Below, piece by piece: positions 9,663-21,694 of a stretch of DNA of 64,000 nt (positions are counted from its first letter, which is position 1; every line of letters starts with the position of its first letter). The position numbers and the translations under genes were made by a program. This stretch comes from Polyangiales bacterium (GTDB taxonomy: Bacteria; Myxococcota_A; Polyangia; Polyangiales; JADJQN01), in the NCBI GenBank assembly GCA_964202905.1, contig CAXNJO010000010.1, positions 1 to 64,000 of the forward strand, read 5' to 3'. The notes below the pieces were generated by a model. It saw nothing but the letters and a program-made list of their open reading frames with translations, was not told the DNA's origin and made no database searches.

Positions 9663-11396
9663 ATGCTCACGTGTCTCAGGGTTCGCGACTTCGCCATCAT
9701 CGATCGCCTCGAGGTCGAGCTCGGACCGGGCCTGAACGTCGTCACCGGCGAGACGGGCGCCGGCAAATCGATCCTCATCGACGCGCTCTCGCTCGTGCTC
9801 GGCGCGCGCGCGCGGCCCGAGGTCGTCCGCAGCGGCGCAGAGAGCGCGGAAGTCGAGGCGCTCTTCGATCTCGAGGGCGCCCCCGAGGTCATCGCGCGTC
9901 TCGAGGCCGCGGGCATCGAGGTCGCAGGCGGTGACGCAGGCGGCGAGCTCGGCGAGCTCGTCGTGCGCCGCGTCGTGCAGGCCAACGGCCGCACGCGCGC
10001 CTACGTGAACGGCCGCCTCGCGACGGCCTCGCAGCTCGCGGAGCTCGCGGCGGGGCTCGCGGATCTCTCGTCGCAGCACGAGCACCACTCGCTGACCGAT
10101 CCCGCGACGCACCTCGCCTACCTCGACGCGTTCGCGCAGCTCGAGGGCGAGCGCACCCGCATCGCGCGCGCCTACGAGGCCTACCGCGACGCGCAGCACG
10201 CGCTCCAGCGGGCAGCGGGCGCCGAGCGCGGGCGCGAGGAGCGCGAGGATCTGCTCGCGTTCCAGCTGCGCGAGATCAGCGACCTCGCCCCCGAGCCCGG
10301 CGAGAAGGACGCGCTCCGCGCCGAGCGCGAGGTGCTGCGCCACGCCGAGCGACTCGCGCGCACGACGGGCACCGCCGAGGACGCGCTCTACGGCGCAGAC
10401 GGCGCGGTGTGCGAGCTGCTCGCGCGCGTCGCGGGCGACCTCAGCGACCTCGGCCAGCTCGACGCGAAGCTCGCGCCGCTCGCCGAGGCCCTCGGCGACG
10501 CCTGCGCCCGCATCGAGGACGTCGCCCGGGAGCTCGGCCGCTACGCGCGCGGCGTGACGGGCGATCCGGACCGCCTCGCCGAGGTCGAGGAGCGCCTCGA
10601 CCGCCTGGCCCGCCTCGAGCGCAAGTACGGCGGCAGCCTCGAGGCCGTGCTCGCGCACGCCGCGCAGGCCCGCGCCGAGCTCGACGCGCTGCAGAACCAC
10701 GAGGCCCACCTCGCCGGCCTCGAGGCCGCGCGCGACGCCGCGCAGGGCGAGGCGCGCACCGTCGCGCAGCGGCTCTCGGAGCGCCGCCGCGAGGCCGCCG
10801 TCGCGCTCGGCCGCGCCATCACCGACGAGCTCGCGTCGGTCGGCATGGGCGGGAGCGAGGTGCGCATCTCCGTCGCGCCGCTCGAGGTGCGTCCGTCGGC
10901 CGAGGGCCGCGTGGAGCTCGAGCTCGACGGCGCGCGGCTCGGGCCGACGGGCATCGACCGCGCGGAGCTGCTCATCGCGCCGAACCGCGGCGAGGAGCCT
11001 CGTCCGCTGCGGCGCATCGCATCCGGCGGCGAGCTCTCCCGCGCGCTGCTCGCGATCAAGCGCGTGCTCGCGGGGCTGCGGCCTGCGGGGCTCTACGTCT
11101 TCGACGAGGTCGACACCGGCGTCGGCGGCGCGGTCGCCGAGGTGATCGGCCGCAAGCTGAAGGACGTCGCGCGGCACCACCAGGTGCTGTGCATCACCCA
11201 CCTGCCGCAGATCGCCGTCTACGCCGACACGCATTTCCGCGTCAGCAAGGAGGTCGTCGACGACCGCACCCGCAGCGCGATCACGCCCCTCGATTCGGGT
11301 GAGCGCCGCGAGGAAGTGGCGCGGATGCTCGGCGGCCTGAAGATCACCGCGAAGACCCGCGCGGCCGCCGCGGAGATGCTTCGCGAGGCGCGCTGA
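9663..11396 (+). CDS. recN: DNA repair protein RecN
   Basis: Walker A TGETGAGKS, ASGGELSR signature, FDEVDTGVGG, QVLCITHLPQIA. Confidence 0.97.
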   Translation: MLTCLRVRDFAIIDRLEVELGPGLNVVTGETGAGKSILIDALSLVLGARARPEVVRSGAESAEVEALFDLEGAPEVIARLEAAGIEVAGGDAGGELGELVVRRVVQANGRTRAYVNGRLATASQLAELAAGLADLSSQHEHHSLTDPATHLAYLDAFAQLEGERTRIARAYEAYRDAQHALQRAAGAERGREEREDLLAFQLREISDLAPEPGEKDALRAEREVLRHAERLARTTGTAEDALYGADGAVCELLARVAGDLSDLGQLDAKLAPLAEALGDACARIEDVARELGRYARGVTGDPDRLAEVEERLDRLARLERKYGGSLEAVLAHAAQARAELDALQNHEAHLAGLEAARDAAQGEARTVAQRLSERRREAAVALGRAITDELASVGMGGSEVRISVAPLEVRPSAEGRVELELDGARLGPTGIDRAELLIAPNRGEEPRPLRRIASGGELSRALLAIKRVLAGLRPAGLYVFDEVDTGVGGAVAEVIGRKLKDVARHHQVLCITHLPQIAVYADTHFRVSKEVVDDRTRSAITPLDSGERREEVARMLGGLKITAKTRAAAAEMLREAR

Positions 11397-11453
11397 AGGC
11401 TGCGGACGCGCACCGGCCTGCGCAGGTCTTGCACCCCGAGCGCAAGGCCTGCG

Positions 11454-11879
11454 TCAGCCGCCCGCCGCCGCGAACGCCGTGGCGGCGATCGGCGCCGCCC
11501 GCGCGACGCGCACCCGCTCGAGTTCGAGCGTCAACTCCGTGTAGACGAGCGGCTTCGTGAACACCGCGCGGATGCGCCCCGTGTGGCCCGCGATGCGCGC
11601 GATGATCTCGGGATAACCCGTCACGACGACGACCTCCACGCCGGGATCGCGCGAGCGCGCGTAGCTCGCGACCGCCAGCCCATCGGCGTGCGGGAGGTTG
11701 TAGTCGACGAGCACGACGTCCGGGGCGGGCGTGCGCGCAAGCCGCCCGATGGCCGACGCGCCGTCGATGACGACCTCGACGTCGTAGCCGTCCTCGCGCA
11801 GCAGATGCGCGAGGATCCGGGCGTCGGAGACGTCGTCCTCGACGACGAGCACACGCAGCGGGTCGGAGCGAACGTCCAT
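11454..11879 (-). CDS. Stand-alone response regulator receiver protein
   Basis: VLVVEDD...DVVLVDYNLPHADG...VVVTGY...FTKP; ATG at 11879. Confidence 0.85.
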   Translation of the reverse strand: MDVRSDPLRVLVVEDDVSDARILAHLLREDGYDVEVVIDGASAIGRLARTPAPDVVLVDYNLPHADGLAVASYARSRDPGVEVVVVTGYPEIIARIAGHTGRIRAVFTKPLVYTELTLELERVRVARAAPIAATAFAAAGG

Positions 11880-11894
11880 CTGCGTGCAGAGGTG

Positions 11895-11910
11895 TGCACG
11901 GCTCGGGCCG
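11895..11910 (-). promoter_or_regulatory. Possible sigma54 -24/-12 promoter for the receiver gene
   Basis: Minus strand CGGCCCGAGCCGTGCA (GG-N10-GC). Weak match, and it would leave only a very short leader. Confidence 0.3.
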
Positions 11911-12019
11911 TTGCACGCCTCCGGCGTATCTCCTTGCGCGGAGGCCCTCGTCTGCGCGTCCGGCGCGCCATCGCGCGGCCCGATGCGGCCGCCCGATGCG
12001 CACCGGAACACACCTGCGG

Positions 12020-13063
12020 TCAGACCTTCGGGCGCAGGCTCCGCACCTGATCGCCCGCGCGCCAGACCTCCGCGGCCTCGATCTCCGCGAGCTCCGCGCC
12101 GAGCTTCGCGCGGTAGTTCGGGTCCGTGCCCGCAGCGATGACGACGCGCGCCTCCTCGCCGGTACGCACGCGCTCGTAGAGCTGCTCGAAGACGGGCAGG
12201 CTCGCCTCGCGGAACTTGTGCCGCCAGTCGAGCGCGCCGCGCTGCGCGGTGACCGAGGTGTTGGCGAACATCCACGCCATGCCCTTCTCGCCGATGAGCG
12301 GCACGAGGCTCTCGGTGAGCTCCTCGACCGTCTCGTTGAACGCCTCCGACGGCGAGTGCCCGTTGCGCCGGAGCACGGCGTACTGCGCCTCGATGAGGCC
12401 CGCGAGCGCGCCCATGAGCACGCCGCGCTCGCCCGTCAGGTCCGAGAAGACCTCGCGCTGGAAGTCCGTCTCGAAGAGGTAGCCCGAGCCGATCCCGATG
12501 CCGAGCGCGAGCGCGCGCTCCGCCGCGCGACCCGTCGCGTCTTGGAACACCGCGTAGCTCGAGTTGAGGCCCTTGCCCGCGAGGAAGAGGCGACGCAGCG
12601 AGGTGCCGCTGCCCTTCGGCGCGACGAGCACGACGTCGATGCCCTCGGGCGGAACGATGCCCGTCTGCTCGCAGAAGGTGATGCCGAAGCCGTGCGAGAA
12701 GTACAGGCACTTCCCCGGCGTGAGGTGCTCGCGCACCGTCGGCCAGGCCGCGATCTGCCCCGCGTCCGAGAGCAGATACTCGATGGTCGTCGCGCGCGCG
12801 CAGGCCTCGGCGATGCCGAAGAGCGTCTCGCCGGGCACCCAGCCATCGGCGACGGCGCGATCCCAGCTCGGCGTGCCCACGCGCTGCCCGACGATCACGC
12901 GGAAGCCGTTGTCGCGCAGGTTCAGCGACTGCCCCGGCCCCTGCACGCCGTAGCCGACGATCGCGATCGTCTCCTCGGCGAGCACGGCCTTCGCCTTCTC
13001 GAGCGGGAACTCCTCCCGCGTCACGACGTTCTCCCACACATCGCCGAACTGCATCCTCGCCAT
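12020..13063 (-). CDS. ilvC: Ketol-acid reductoisomerase (Bacteroidetes/fungal Ilv5-like type)
   Basis: GYGVQGPGQSLNLRDNG, VAPKGSG, EVFSDLTGERGVLMG, EAFNETVEE; GAGG RBS before ATG 13063. Confidence 0.95.
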   Translation of the reverse strand: MARMQFGDVWENVVTREEFPLEKAKAVLAEETIAIVGYGVQGPGQSLNLRDNGFRVIVGQRVGTPSWDRAVADGWVPGETLFGIAEACARATTIEYLLSDAGQIAAWPTVREHLTPGKCLYFSHGFGITFCEQTGIVPPEGIDVVLVAPKGSGTSLRRLFLAGKGLNSSYAVFQDATGRAAERALALGIGIGSGYLFETDFQREVFSDLTGERGVLMGALAGLIEAQYAVLRRNGHSPSEAFNETVEELTESLVPLIGEKGMAWMFANTSVTAQRGALDWRHKFREASLPVFEQLYERVRTGEEARVVIAAGTDPNYRAKLGAELAEIEAAEVWRAGDQVRSLRPKV

Positions 13064-13150
13064 CGTTCCTCCTCGTGGGTCACGCACCGCGCGACCTCGA
13101 CAATCCCAGCGCGCCGCGACGCCGCGGCCCGCGATGCGCAACACCGTCGC

Positions 13151-13717
13151 TCAGTCGCCGTGACCCGAAGCCGCCTCGAGCTCCGCGAGGAACGACTCGA
13201 GCGGGCGCATCGGCCGCGTGAGCGCGACGCGCCCGGAGCGCACGAACTCGGCGATGCCGAAGGGCGCGAGCGCGTGAAAGAGCGCCGTCGTCTGCGTCTC
13301 GGTGCCGGTCTGCTCGAGCACGATCATCGCCTCGCTCTGCTCGAGCACGCGCGCGCCGTGCGCAGCGACCACCGCGTCGAGCGCCGCGCCCGCGTGTCGC
13401 CCGTCGAGCTTGTAGAGCGCGAGGTCGCGCACGAGCACATCGCCTTCGCCGTGCACGAAGGCCTTGAGCACGTCGACCTGCCGCTCGAGCTGCGCGGCCA
13501 CCTTGCGGGCCTGCGCCGCGCTCACACGCACGACGATCGTGAAGCGGTGCACGCCGGGCACCTCGGAGTCCGATACCGTGAGGCTCTCGATGTTCAGGCA
13601 GCGCCGCGTGAAGGTCGCCGTGACGCGGCCGAGCAGACCGACGCGGTTCTCGGTGAAGACGGAGAGCGTGTGCTCGCTCGCGACTTCGTGCCCCGGATCG
13701 TAGAAGACCATCGTCAT
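13151..13717 (-). CDS. ilvN: Acetolactate synthase small (regulatory) subunit
   Basis: ACT domain TLSVFTENRVGLLGRV..FTRRCLNIESLTVS; C-terminal EFVRSGRVAL; ATGA overlap with ilvB. Confidence 0.9.
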   Translation of the reverse strand: MTMVFYDPGHEVASEHTLSVFTENRVGLLGRVTATFTRRCLNIESLTVSDSEVPGVHRFTIVVRVSAAQARKVAAQLERQVDVLKAFVHGEGDVLVRDLALYKLDGRHAGAALDAVVAAHGARVLEQSEAMIVLEQTGTETQTTALFHALAPFGIAEFVRSGRVALTRPMRPLESFLAELEAASGHGD

Positions 13718-15450
13718 GCCTCGAGGCGAACGTCCGACACGGACGACGCGGAAGGGACCATCGGGAACACGTTGCCCTCGCGCTCGACGACGACCTCGAG
13801 CAGGTACGGGCCGGGATGCGCGAGCATCGCGTCGAGCCCCGTGCCGAGCGCCTCGCGCGTGTCGACGCGCTGGGCCTCGATGCCGTACGCGCCCGCGATG
13901 CGGACGAAGTCGGGGTTCTGCATCTCGGTCTCGGAGTAGCGGCTCTCGTAGTAGAGCTCCTGCCACTGCCGCACCATGCCGAGGAAGCTGTTGTTGAGGA
14001 TGACGATCTTCACGGCGGCGCCCGACTGCATCGCCGTGCCGAGCTCCTGCATCGTCATCTGAAAGCCACCATCTCCGATGATGGCGACGACCGTGCGCTC
14101 GGGACACGCGAGCTTCGCGCCGATCGCCGCGGGCAGCGCGAAACCCATGGTGCCGAGCCCGCCCGAGGTCACGCTGCTGCGCGGCGCCTCGAAGGCGCTG
14201 TAGCGCGCCGCGGCCATCTGGTGCTGGCCGACGTCGCTCACGACGACGGCCTGTCCGCCCGTCTTGCGCGAGATCGCGTGGACCACCTCGCCCATGCGGA
14301 GCTCGGGGCCCTCCGGCTCGAGCTCGCGCGCGACGACCTTCTCGTGCTCGATGGCGTCGCAGGCGTGGAACTCCGCGATCCAGGCGGGGTAGCGGCGCTC
14401 GGCGAGCCGCGGGAGCAGCGCGGTGAGCACGTCGCGCGCGTCGCCGTGGAGCGCGACCTCGGGCTTCACGTTCTTGCCGATCTCGGCGGCGTCGATCTCG
14501 ACGTGGATGACGCGCGCCTGCCGCGCGTAGCGCGAGAGATCGCTCGTCACGCGGTCGTCGAAGCGCATGCCGATGGCGACGAGGACGTCGCACTCGTTGG
14601 TCTTGATGTTCGCGCCGTAGCGACCGTGCATGCCGACCATGCCGACGTACTGCGGATGGCTCGTCGGGAAGGCCGAGAGCCCGAGCAGCGTCGAGGCGAC
14701 CGGCGCGCCGGTGCGCTCGGCGACCGCGAGCAGCGCGCGCTCCGCGCCCGAGAGCACGACGCCCTGCCCCACCACGAAGAAGGGCTTCGACGCGCCCGCG
14801 AGCAGCTGCGCGGCGGCGTCGAGCGCGGGCTCGCTCACGCGGGGGCGCGGTACGTACGCCCGGATGCGCGTGCACGGCGTGTGGCGGAAGGCGACGAGCG
14901 CGCCCTGCGCGTCCTTCGTCAGATCGATGAGCACGGGCCCGGGGCGCCCCGACCGCGCGATGAAGAAGGCGCGCGCGACGGCGGGCGCGATGTCCTCGGC
15001 GCGCGTGACCTGCACGTTCCACTTGGTGAGCGGCGCGGTCACGTTGACGACGTCCGTCTCCTGGAAGGCGTCGGTGCCGAGCAGCGACGAGGGCACCTGC
15101 CCCGTGATGCAGACGATCGGCGTCGAATCGATCTGCGCGTCCGCGATGCCGGTGACGAGGTTCGTCGCGCCCGGGCCTGACGTCGCGATGCACACGCCGA
15201 CGCGACCGCTCGCGCGCGCGTAACCCTGCGCGGCGTGCACCGCGCCCTGCTCGTGGCGCACGAGCACGTGGCGCAAGCGGTTGCGGTGGCCGTGGAGCGC
15301 GTCGTAGACGGGCATGATCGCGCCGCCCGGATAGCCGAAGAGCAGGTCGACGCCCTCTTCGATGAGCGCGAGCACGAGCGCCTCGGCGCCGCGCACGAGC
15401 GGCCCTTCCGCGACGGAGTCTTCGGGAGAGTGCGAGTGGGAGTCGGTCAT
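13714..15450 (-). CDS. ilvB: Acetolactate synthase large subunit
   Basis: FGYPGGAIMP, RHEQGA, TSGPGATN, ThDP motif GDGGFQM...NNSFLGMVRQWQ. Confidence 0.96.
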   Translation of the reverse strand: MTDSHSHSPEDSVAEGPLVRGAEALVLALIEEGVDLLFGYPGGAIMPVYDALHGHRNRLRHVLVRHEQGAVHAAQGYARASGRVGVCIATSGPGATNLVTGIADAQIDSTPIVCITGQVPSSLLGTDAFQETDVVNVTAPLTKWNVQVTRAEDIAPAVARAFFIARSGRPGPVLIDLTKDAQGALVAFRHTPCTRIRAYVPRPRVSEPALDAAAQLLAGASKPFFVVGQGVVLSGAERALLAVAERTGAPVASTLLGLSAFPTSHPQYVGMVGMHGRYGANIKTNECDVLVAIGMRFDDRVTSDLSRYARQARVIHVEIDAAEIGKNVKPEVALHGDARDVLTALLPRLAERRYPAWIAEFHACDAIEHEKVVARELEPEGPELRMGEVVHAISRKTGGQAVVVSDVGQHQMAAARYSAFEAPRSSVTSGGLGTMGFALPAAIGAKLACPERTVVAIIGDGGFQMTMQELGTAMQSGAAVKIVILNNSFLGMVRQWQELYYESRYSETEMQNPDFVRIAGAYGIEAQRVDTREALGTGLDAMLAHPGPYLLEVVVEREGNVFPMVPSASSVSDVRLEA

Positions 15451-15460
15451 CGTCGTCTCC

Positions 15461-17134
15461 TCAGAAGCGATCGGTGAGGCAGCCCTCGGACGCCGAGGAC
15501 ACGGTGCGCGCGTAGCGGCGCAGCACGCCGTGCACGCCCGGTAGCGGGCGGGGCGCGAGCGCAGCCCGGCGCAACGCGAGCTCCGGCTCCGGGACTTCCA
15601 GCACGATCGTCAGCGCCTCGGCGTCGATGGTGATCCGATCCCCATCGTGCACGAGGGCAATCGGCCCACCGTCCTGCGCCTCGGGCGTGACGTGTCCGAC
15701 GACGAAGCCGCGCGTGCCGCCGGAGAAGCGACCATCGGTGATGAGCGCGACGTCCTGCGCGAGCCCGGCGCCCACGATCGCGGCCGTGGGCTTGAGCATC
15801 TCGGGCATGCCCGGCCCGCCGCGCGGCCCCTCGTAGCGGATCACGACGACGTCGCCCTTCTGGATCTTCCCCGCCGCGATCGCGTCGTTCGCCGCGTATT
15901 CGCCGTCGAAGCAGCGCGCGGTGCCCGAGAAGCGCACGCCCTCCTTGCCCGTGATCTTCGCGACGGCGCCCTCGGGCGCGAGGTTTCCGCGGAGGATCTT
16001 GAGGTGCCCCGTCGGCGAGATCGGGCGCTCGAGCGGGCGCACGACCTCCTGACCCGCCGGGAGCGCCGGCAACGCGGCGAGGTTCTCGGCGAGCGTGCGC
16101 CCCGTGATCGTGAGGCAGTCGCCGTGCAGCAGGCCTGCGTCGAGCAGGAGCTTCATCACCGCGGGCGTGCCGCCGATCGCGTGCACGTCCTCCATGAGGT
16201 ACGGGCCGCTCGGCGCGAGGTCGCCGAGGAGCGGCGTGCGCGCGCCGATCCGCGCGAAGTCGTCGAGCTCGAGCGGCACGCCGAGCGTCCGCGCGATGGC
16301 CAGCAGGTGCAGCACGACGTTGGTCGAGCCGCCAAGCGCGGTCACGAGCGTGATGGCGTTCTCGAAGGCCTCGCGCGTCATGATCCGACGCGGCGTCAGC
16401 GCTTCGACGAGCAGCCCGTGCATGCGCGCGCCCGCGGCCTCGCACTCCGCGCGCTTCTCGGGCGCGAGCGCCGGCGTCGACGAGGAGTACGGCAGGCTCA
16501 TGCCGAGCGCCTCGATCGCGCAGGCCATCGTGTTGGCCGTGTACATCCCGCCACACGAGCCGGCGCCCGGGCACGCGTGCTCGATGATCGCGCGGAACTC
16601 CGCCTCGTCGATGCTGCCCGCGAGCCGCGCGCCGTGCGCCTCGAACGCGGAGACGACATTGAGCTTGCGCCCCTTGTAGCGGCCCGACGCGCTCGCGCCG
16701 CCGTAGACGAGGATCGCGGGGCGATCGAGGCGCGCCATCGCCATCATCGCGCCGGGCATGTTCTTGTCGCAACCGACGACGGCGACGAGCCCGTCGTAGC
16801 TCTGCGCGGAGACGACGGTCTCGATCGAGTCCGCGATCACCTCGCGCGAGGGCAGCGAGTAGCGCATCCCGGGCGTGCCCATCGAGATGCCGTCGCTCAC
16901 GCCGATCGTGTGGAAGACGAGCCCGATGAGGTCGGCGCGCAGCGTGCCCTGCTTCACGACGCGGGCGAGGTCGTCGAGGTGCAGGTTGCACGGGTTGCCC
17001 TCGTAGCCCGTGCTGACGATGCCAATCTGGGGCTTGTCGAGGTCGGCGCGCGTGAGGCCGACGGCGTGCAGCATCGCCTGCGCGGCGGGCTGCGAAGGAT
17101 CCTGCGTGACGGTGCGGCTGTAGCGGTTCAGCAC
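15461..17134 (-). CDS. ilvD: Dihydroxy-acid dehydratase
   Basis: [53 protein letters not shown] start with GAGGAG RBS. Confidence 0.96.
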   Translation of the reverse strand: MLNRYSRTVTQDPSQPAAQAMLHAVGLTRADLDKPQIGIVSTGYEGNPCNLHLDDLARVVKQGTLRADLIGLVFHTIGVSDGISMGTPGMRYSLPSREVIADSIETVVSAQSYDGLVAVVGCDKNMPGAMMAMARLDRPAILVYGGASASGRYKGRKLNVVSAFEAHGARLAGSIDEAEFRAIIEHACPGAGSCGGMYTANTMACAIEALGMSLPYSSSTPALAPEKRAECEAAGARMHGLLVEALTPRRIMTREAFENAITLVTALGGSTNVVLHLLAIARTLGVPLELDDFARIGARTPLLGDLAPSGPYLMEDVHAIGGTPAVMKLLLDAGLLHGDCLTITGRTLAENLAALPALPAGQEVVRPLERPISPTGHLKILRGNLAPEGAVAKITGKEGVRFSGTARCFDGEYAANDAIAAGKIQKGDVVVIRYEGPRGGPGMPEMLKPTAAIVGAGLAQDVALITDGRFSGGTRGFVVGHVTPEAQDGGPIALVHDGDRITIDAEALTIVLEVPEPELALRRAALAPRPLPGVHGVLRRYARTVSSASEGCLTDRF

Positions 17135-17280
17135 GGGTCGACTCCTCGTGCGCGGGTTGAACGAGCGTTCATCGCCGGACGCCCACCAGAGCCGCGCGGG
17201 CGTCCTGATGGCACGTCCGCAGGGCCCGCGCACGACGCAGTGCGTGAACCTGCGCGGCAATCCGCGGCTGTCCGCCGCGG

Positions 17281-18692
<1,412 letters not shown>

Positions 18693-18696
<4 letters not shown>

Positions 18697-20309
18697 GCGC
18701 GCCTCCCGTCGTCCGTCCCCGTCACGCGGCGCAGCGTGACACGAAAGACCGTGCAGCCGGGGCGGCTCTCGACGTCGATCGTCCCCTCGTGATCGGTGAC
18801 CACGCGGTGCACGATCGCGAGGCCGAGCCCGGTGCCGTGAGGCTTCGTCGAGTAGAACGCGTCGAAGATCGGCGCGTCGGGCGCGGGCAGCCCAGGGCCC
18901 TCGTCCTCGATCTCGATCAACACCGCGCGCGGCGTCCGACGCGTGCGGAGCACGACGCGCCCGCCCCCGATCGAGGCCACCGCGTCGACCGCGTTGCGCA
19001 TGAGGTTGAGCAGCGCCTGCTCGATCTTCTCGGGGTCGACGTCCGCGATCGGATCTTCGACGGCGAGGTCACGCTCGACCCGCACCGCGCCCCCCTCGGC
19101 GTCGGCGCCGACCATCGCGAGCACGCGCTCGCACACCGCGTGGATCGACGCGGGGCGGCGCTGCGGCGGGTTGGGCCGCGCGAACACGAGGAAATCCTTC
19201 ACCAACGTCGAGAGCCGCCGGATCTCGTCGCCGACGAGCGTCACCGCCTCTTGCAGATCGTTCTCCGCGCCCGTGCGACGCAGCGCGCGCTCGAGGAAGG
19301 TGACGTGCAGCAGCGCGCCATTGAGCGGGTTGCGGATCTCGTGCGCGAGCCCCGCTGCGAGCGTCCCGAGCGACGCGAGTTTCTCGCTGCGCAGCGTGCG
19401 CTCCGCCAGCGCGCGATCGTCGGTGACGTCGCGCCCGATCGCGAAGAGCACGACCCCCGCGTCGTCGCGGCTCGGCGCGTACGTCAGGCGCCAACGCACG
19501 AGACGCTGCCGCCGTGAGCGCGTCTCGACGTCGACCTCCCAGGACTCGGGCGCCGGCTCCCGCCCCGCGGCGATCGCCGCGAGCCGCGCCCCCTCGCGCT
19601 CACGCAGGTCCTCGGGGAGCAGCACGTCGGCGAACGCCCGCCCGAGCACCTCCTCGCGCGTCAGCCCGGTGAGCTGCTCGGCGGCGCGGTTGAAGAGCGT
19701 GATCTGCACGCCCACGTCGAGCCCCACGACGAGGACGTTCGCGAACTCGACGGCGTTCGCGTAGCGGTGCTCGCTCTGCGCGAGCTGCGACGCGAGGCGC
19801 TCGCGCTCTTCGCGGCCGGGCCGCTGCATGCGCTCGACGAGATCGTCCCGATACGTCTCGAGCATGATCGCGAGCTCGAGGTCGAGGATCCGCGCCAGCG
19901 CGAGCCGCGTCGCCGCGCGCTCCGGCTCGGGCACCGCGTCTGCGAGCGCGTCGAGCGACGCGCGGATGAGCGACATCGCCGTGAACATGTACCGCTGCGG
20001 CGCACCGATGCGGACGTGCACGCGCCCGATCTTCGCGCGCTCCAAGAAGTACGCCTCGTCGTGTGGCCCGGCGAAGAGCCGCTCCATCCACGCGACGAGC
20101 GAGCGGCGGAGCCTCGAGATCTGGGCCTCGTCGCGGAAGACCGCGTGCGCGTCCTCGTGCTCGCGCACCCGCTCGTAGAACTCGGCGGTGATCCGCTCGA
20201 AGTGCGGCGCGGCGAGCGGCGCGAAGTGCGCGAGGAGCGCGCTGTCCGCCGGGCCGAAGCGGGCGTAGCGCTTGATCTCCTCAAAGAGGGTTTCGTCGTT
20301 GGTGTCCAC
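18693..20309 (-). CDS. Globin-coupled (protoglobin)-PAS sensor histidine kinase
   Basis: N-terminal sensor globin pattern (ITAEFYERV...[15 protein letters not shown]), PAS ([16 protein letters not shown]), H-box AHEIRNPL, HATPase NLMRNA/DEGPG/GTGLGL. Start estimated at GTG 20309. Confidence 0.9.
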
Positions 20310-20395
20310 GCGCGCGGCGACTATAGCCGTGCCCGGCGAGACGCGGCGCGCGCCGACGACGACGAGCCCCAGGGCACACGTCGAGGGAGCCGCCG

Positions 20396-20824
20396 TCAAC
20401 TCGCTTCGGCGAGCGAGAGCGCGAGCGCGCGGAGCGCGTCGACCGTGGTGAACACGCTGACGACGCGCCCATCTTCCTGCACCACCGCAGAGCCGAGCGC
20501 GCGCTCGGCCATGTGCGAGGCGACCTCGGAGAGCGGCGAGTCGGGCCCGACGACGTAGACCTCCCCGGTCATCGCGTCGTCCACCGTCAGCGTGCCCGGC
20601 ACCACGTCGCGCAACCCGTCCACGAGCGCGAGGTCGCGATCCGAGAGGACGCCGACGAGCCGCCCGCCCTCGAGGACGGGCAGGTGCCGGATGCGGTGAT
20701 CGTGGAGCATCGCCTCCGCGACCGAGAGCGGCTGATCGCGCCCGACGGTGTAGGGCGCGAGCGTCATCGCCTCCGCGACCGTGCGTGGGAGGTAGCGGAC
20801 GCGCAGCGTGTCGTGGCCGCTCAC
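20396..20824 (-). CDS. CBS-pair domain protein
   Basis: IRHLPVL..GRLVGVLSDRDL plus a second CBS repeat; GTGA overlap with the sigma factor stop. Confidence 0.88.
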   Translation of the reverse strand: MSGHDTLRVRYLPRTVAEAMTLAPYTVGRDQPLSVAEAMLHDHRIRHLPVLEGGRLVGVLSDRDLALVDGLRDVVPGTLTVDDAMTGEVYVVGPDSPLSEVASHMAERALGSAVVQEDGRVVSVFTTVDALRALALSLAEAS

Positions 20825-21645
20825 GCGGCACACTCGTCGAGCGCGCTGCGCAGCTTCTCACATGCCTTCGACTCGATCTGCCGAACGCGCTCGCGGGAAA
20901 GGCCGAGCGCCTGGCCCACGACGCTGAGCGTGTCCGAGTCCTCGCTCGTGATGCGACGCCGCACGATCTCGCGTTCACGCTCGGTGAGCGCCTCGAGCGC
21001 ACGCCCGATGGCCTCCGACGAGCGCGCGCGCTGCTCGGCGTCCGCGACGAGCTGCTCCGGCGACCAGCCCGCGTCGACGAGCTCCATGCCGCCCTGATCG
21101 ACGTCGCCGACGACGACGTCGCGCTCGCGGAGCGCGGAGTCGACCATGCCGACGTCCTCGGGGAGCACCCCGAGCGCAGCCGCGACCTCCTCGCGCGTCG
21201 CGCGGCGCCCGAGCTGTTGCGCCAGCGAGCGCTCCGTGTCGCGCAGTCGGGCGAGCAGCTTGCGCGCCGCCCGCGTCGACGGCGTCGCGACGATGCGCCG
21301 GTTGGCGAGCGTCGAGCGCCGCACGTGCGCGCGGATCCACCACGCCGCGTACGCCGAGAAGCGCACACCGCGATCGGGATCGAAGCGCTGGGCGGCCTCC
21401 GCGAGTCCGACCATCCCCTCGCCGACGAGATCCTCGAACGGGACCCCGTGCTTCACGTACCCACGCGCGATGCGCAGCACGAGGCGCAAATGCGCGACGA
21501 GCAGCTTGTCGTGCGCCTTCCGAGACCCTCCGCGCGCCGCCGCCGCCAGCCGCTGCTCCTCCTCGAGGTCGAGGATGGGGGCGCTCTGGGCGCGTGCACG
21601 GAGCGTCCCAAGCGAGCCGAGCATGTTGTCTTGTCGAGCCGTCAT
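20821..21645 (-). CDS. Sigma70-family alternative sigma factor, RpoH/sigma32-like
   Basis: Region 2 DLVGEGMVGL..A..RFDPDRGVRFSAYAAWWIRA; degenerate RpoH box IVATPSTRAARKLLARLR; region 4 LSRERVRQIE. Confidence 0.88.
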   Translation of the reverse strand: MTARQDNMLGSLGTLRARAQSAPILDLEEEQRLAAAARGGSRKAHDKLLVAHLRLVLRIARGYVKHGVPFEDLVGEGMVGLAEAAQRFDPDRGVRFSAYAAWWIRAHVRRSTLANRRIVATPSTRAARKLLARLRDTERSLAQQLGRRATREEVAAALGVLPEDVGMVDSALRERDVVVGDVDQGGMELVDAGWSPEQLVADAEQRARSSEAIGRALEALTEREREIVRRRITSEDSDTLSVVGQALGLSRERVRQIESKACEKLRSALDECAA

Positions 21646-21677
21646 GTTCACGATCACCTCCCGCGGCGACTGCGCTT

Positions 21678-21694
21678 TGCAGCGGGGGTGCCAA
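21678..21694 (-). promoter_or_regulatory. Sigma54 -24/-12 promoter of the sigma-CBS-kinase-NtrC operon
   Basis: Minus strand TTGGCACCCCCGCTGCA (TGGCAC-N5-CTGCA) ~30 bp before the sigma factor start. An AT-rich IHF-like tract (~21703-21726) and GCGCA/TGCGC dyads (21747-21791) lie upstream. Confidence 0.75.

Noticed and set aside
17209..17225. Sigma54 promoter for ilvD (TGGCACG)
   Set aside because: It is on the wrong strand for ilvD and lacks the -12 GC at the required spacing.
17135..17280. ilv leader-peptide attenuator
   Set aside because: No short Ile/Leu/Val-rich ORF with a terminator hairpin and U-tract could be identified upstream of ilvD.
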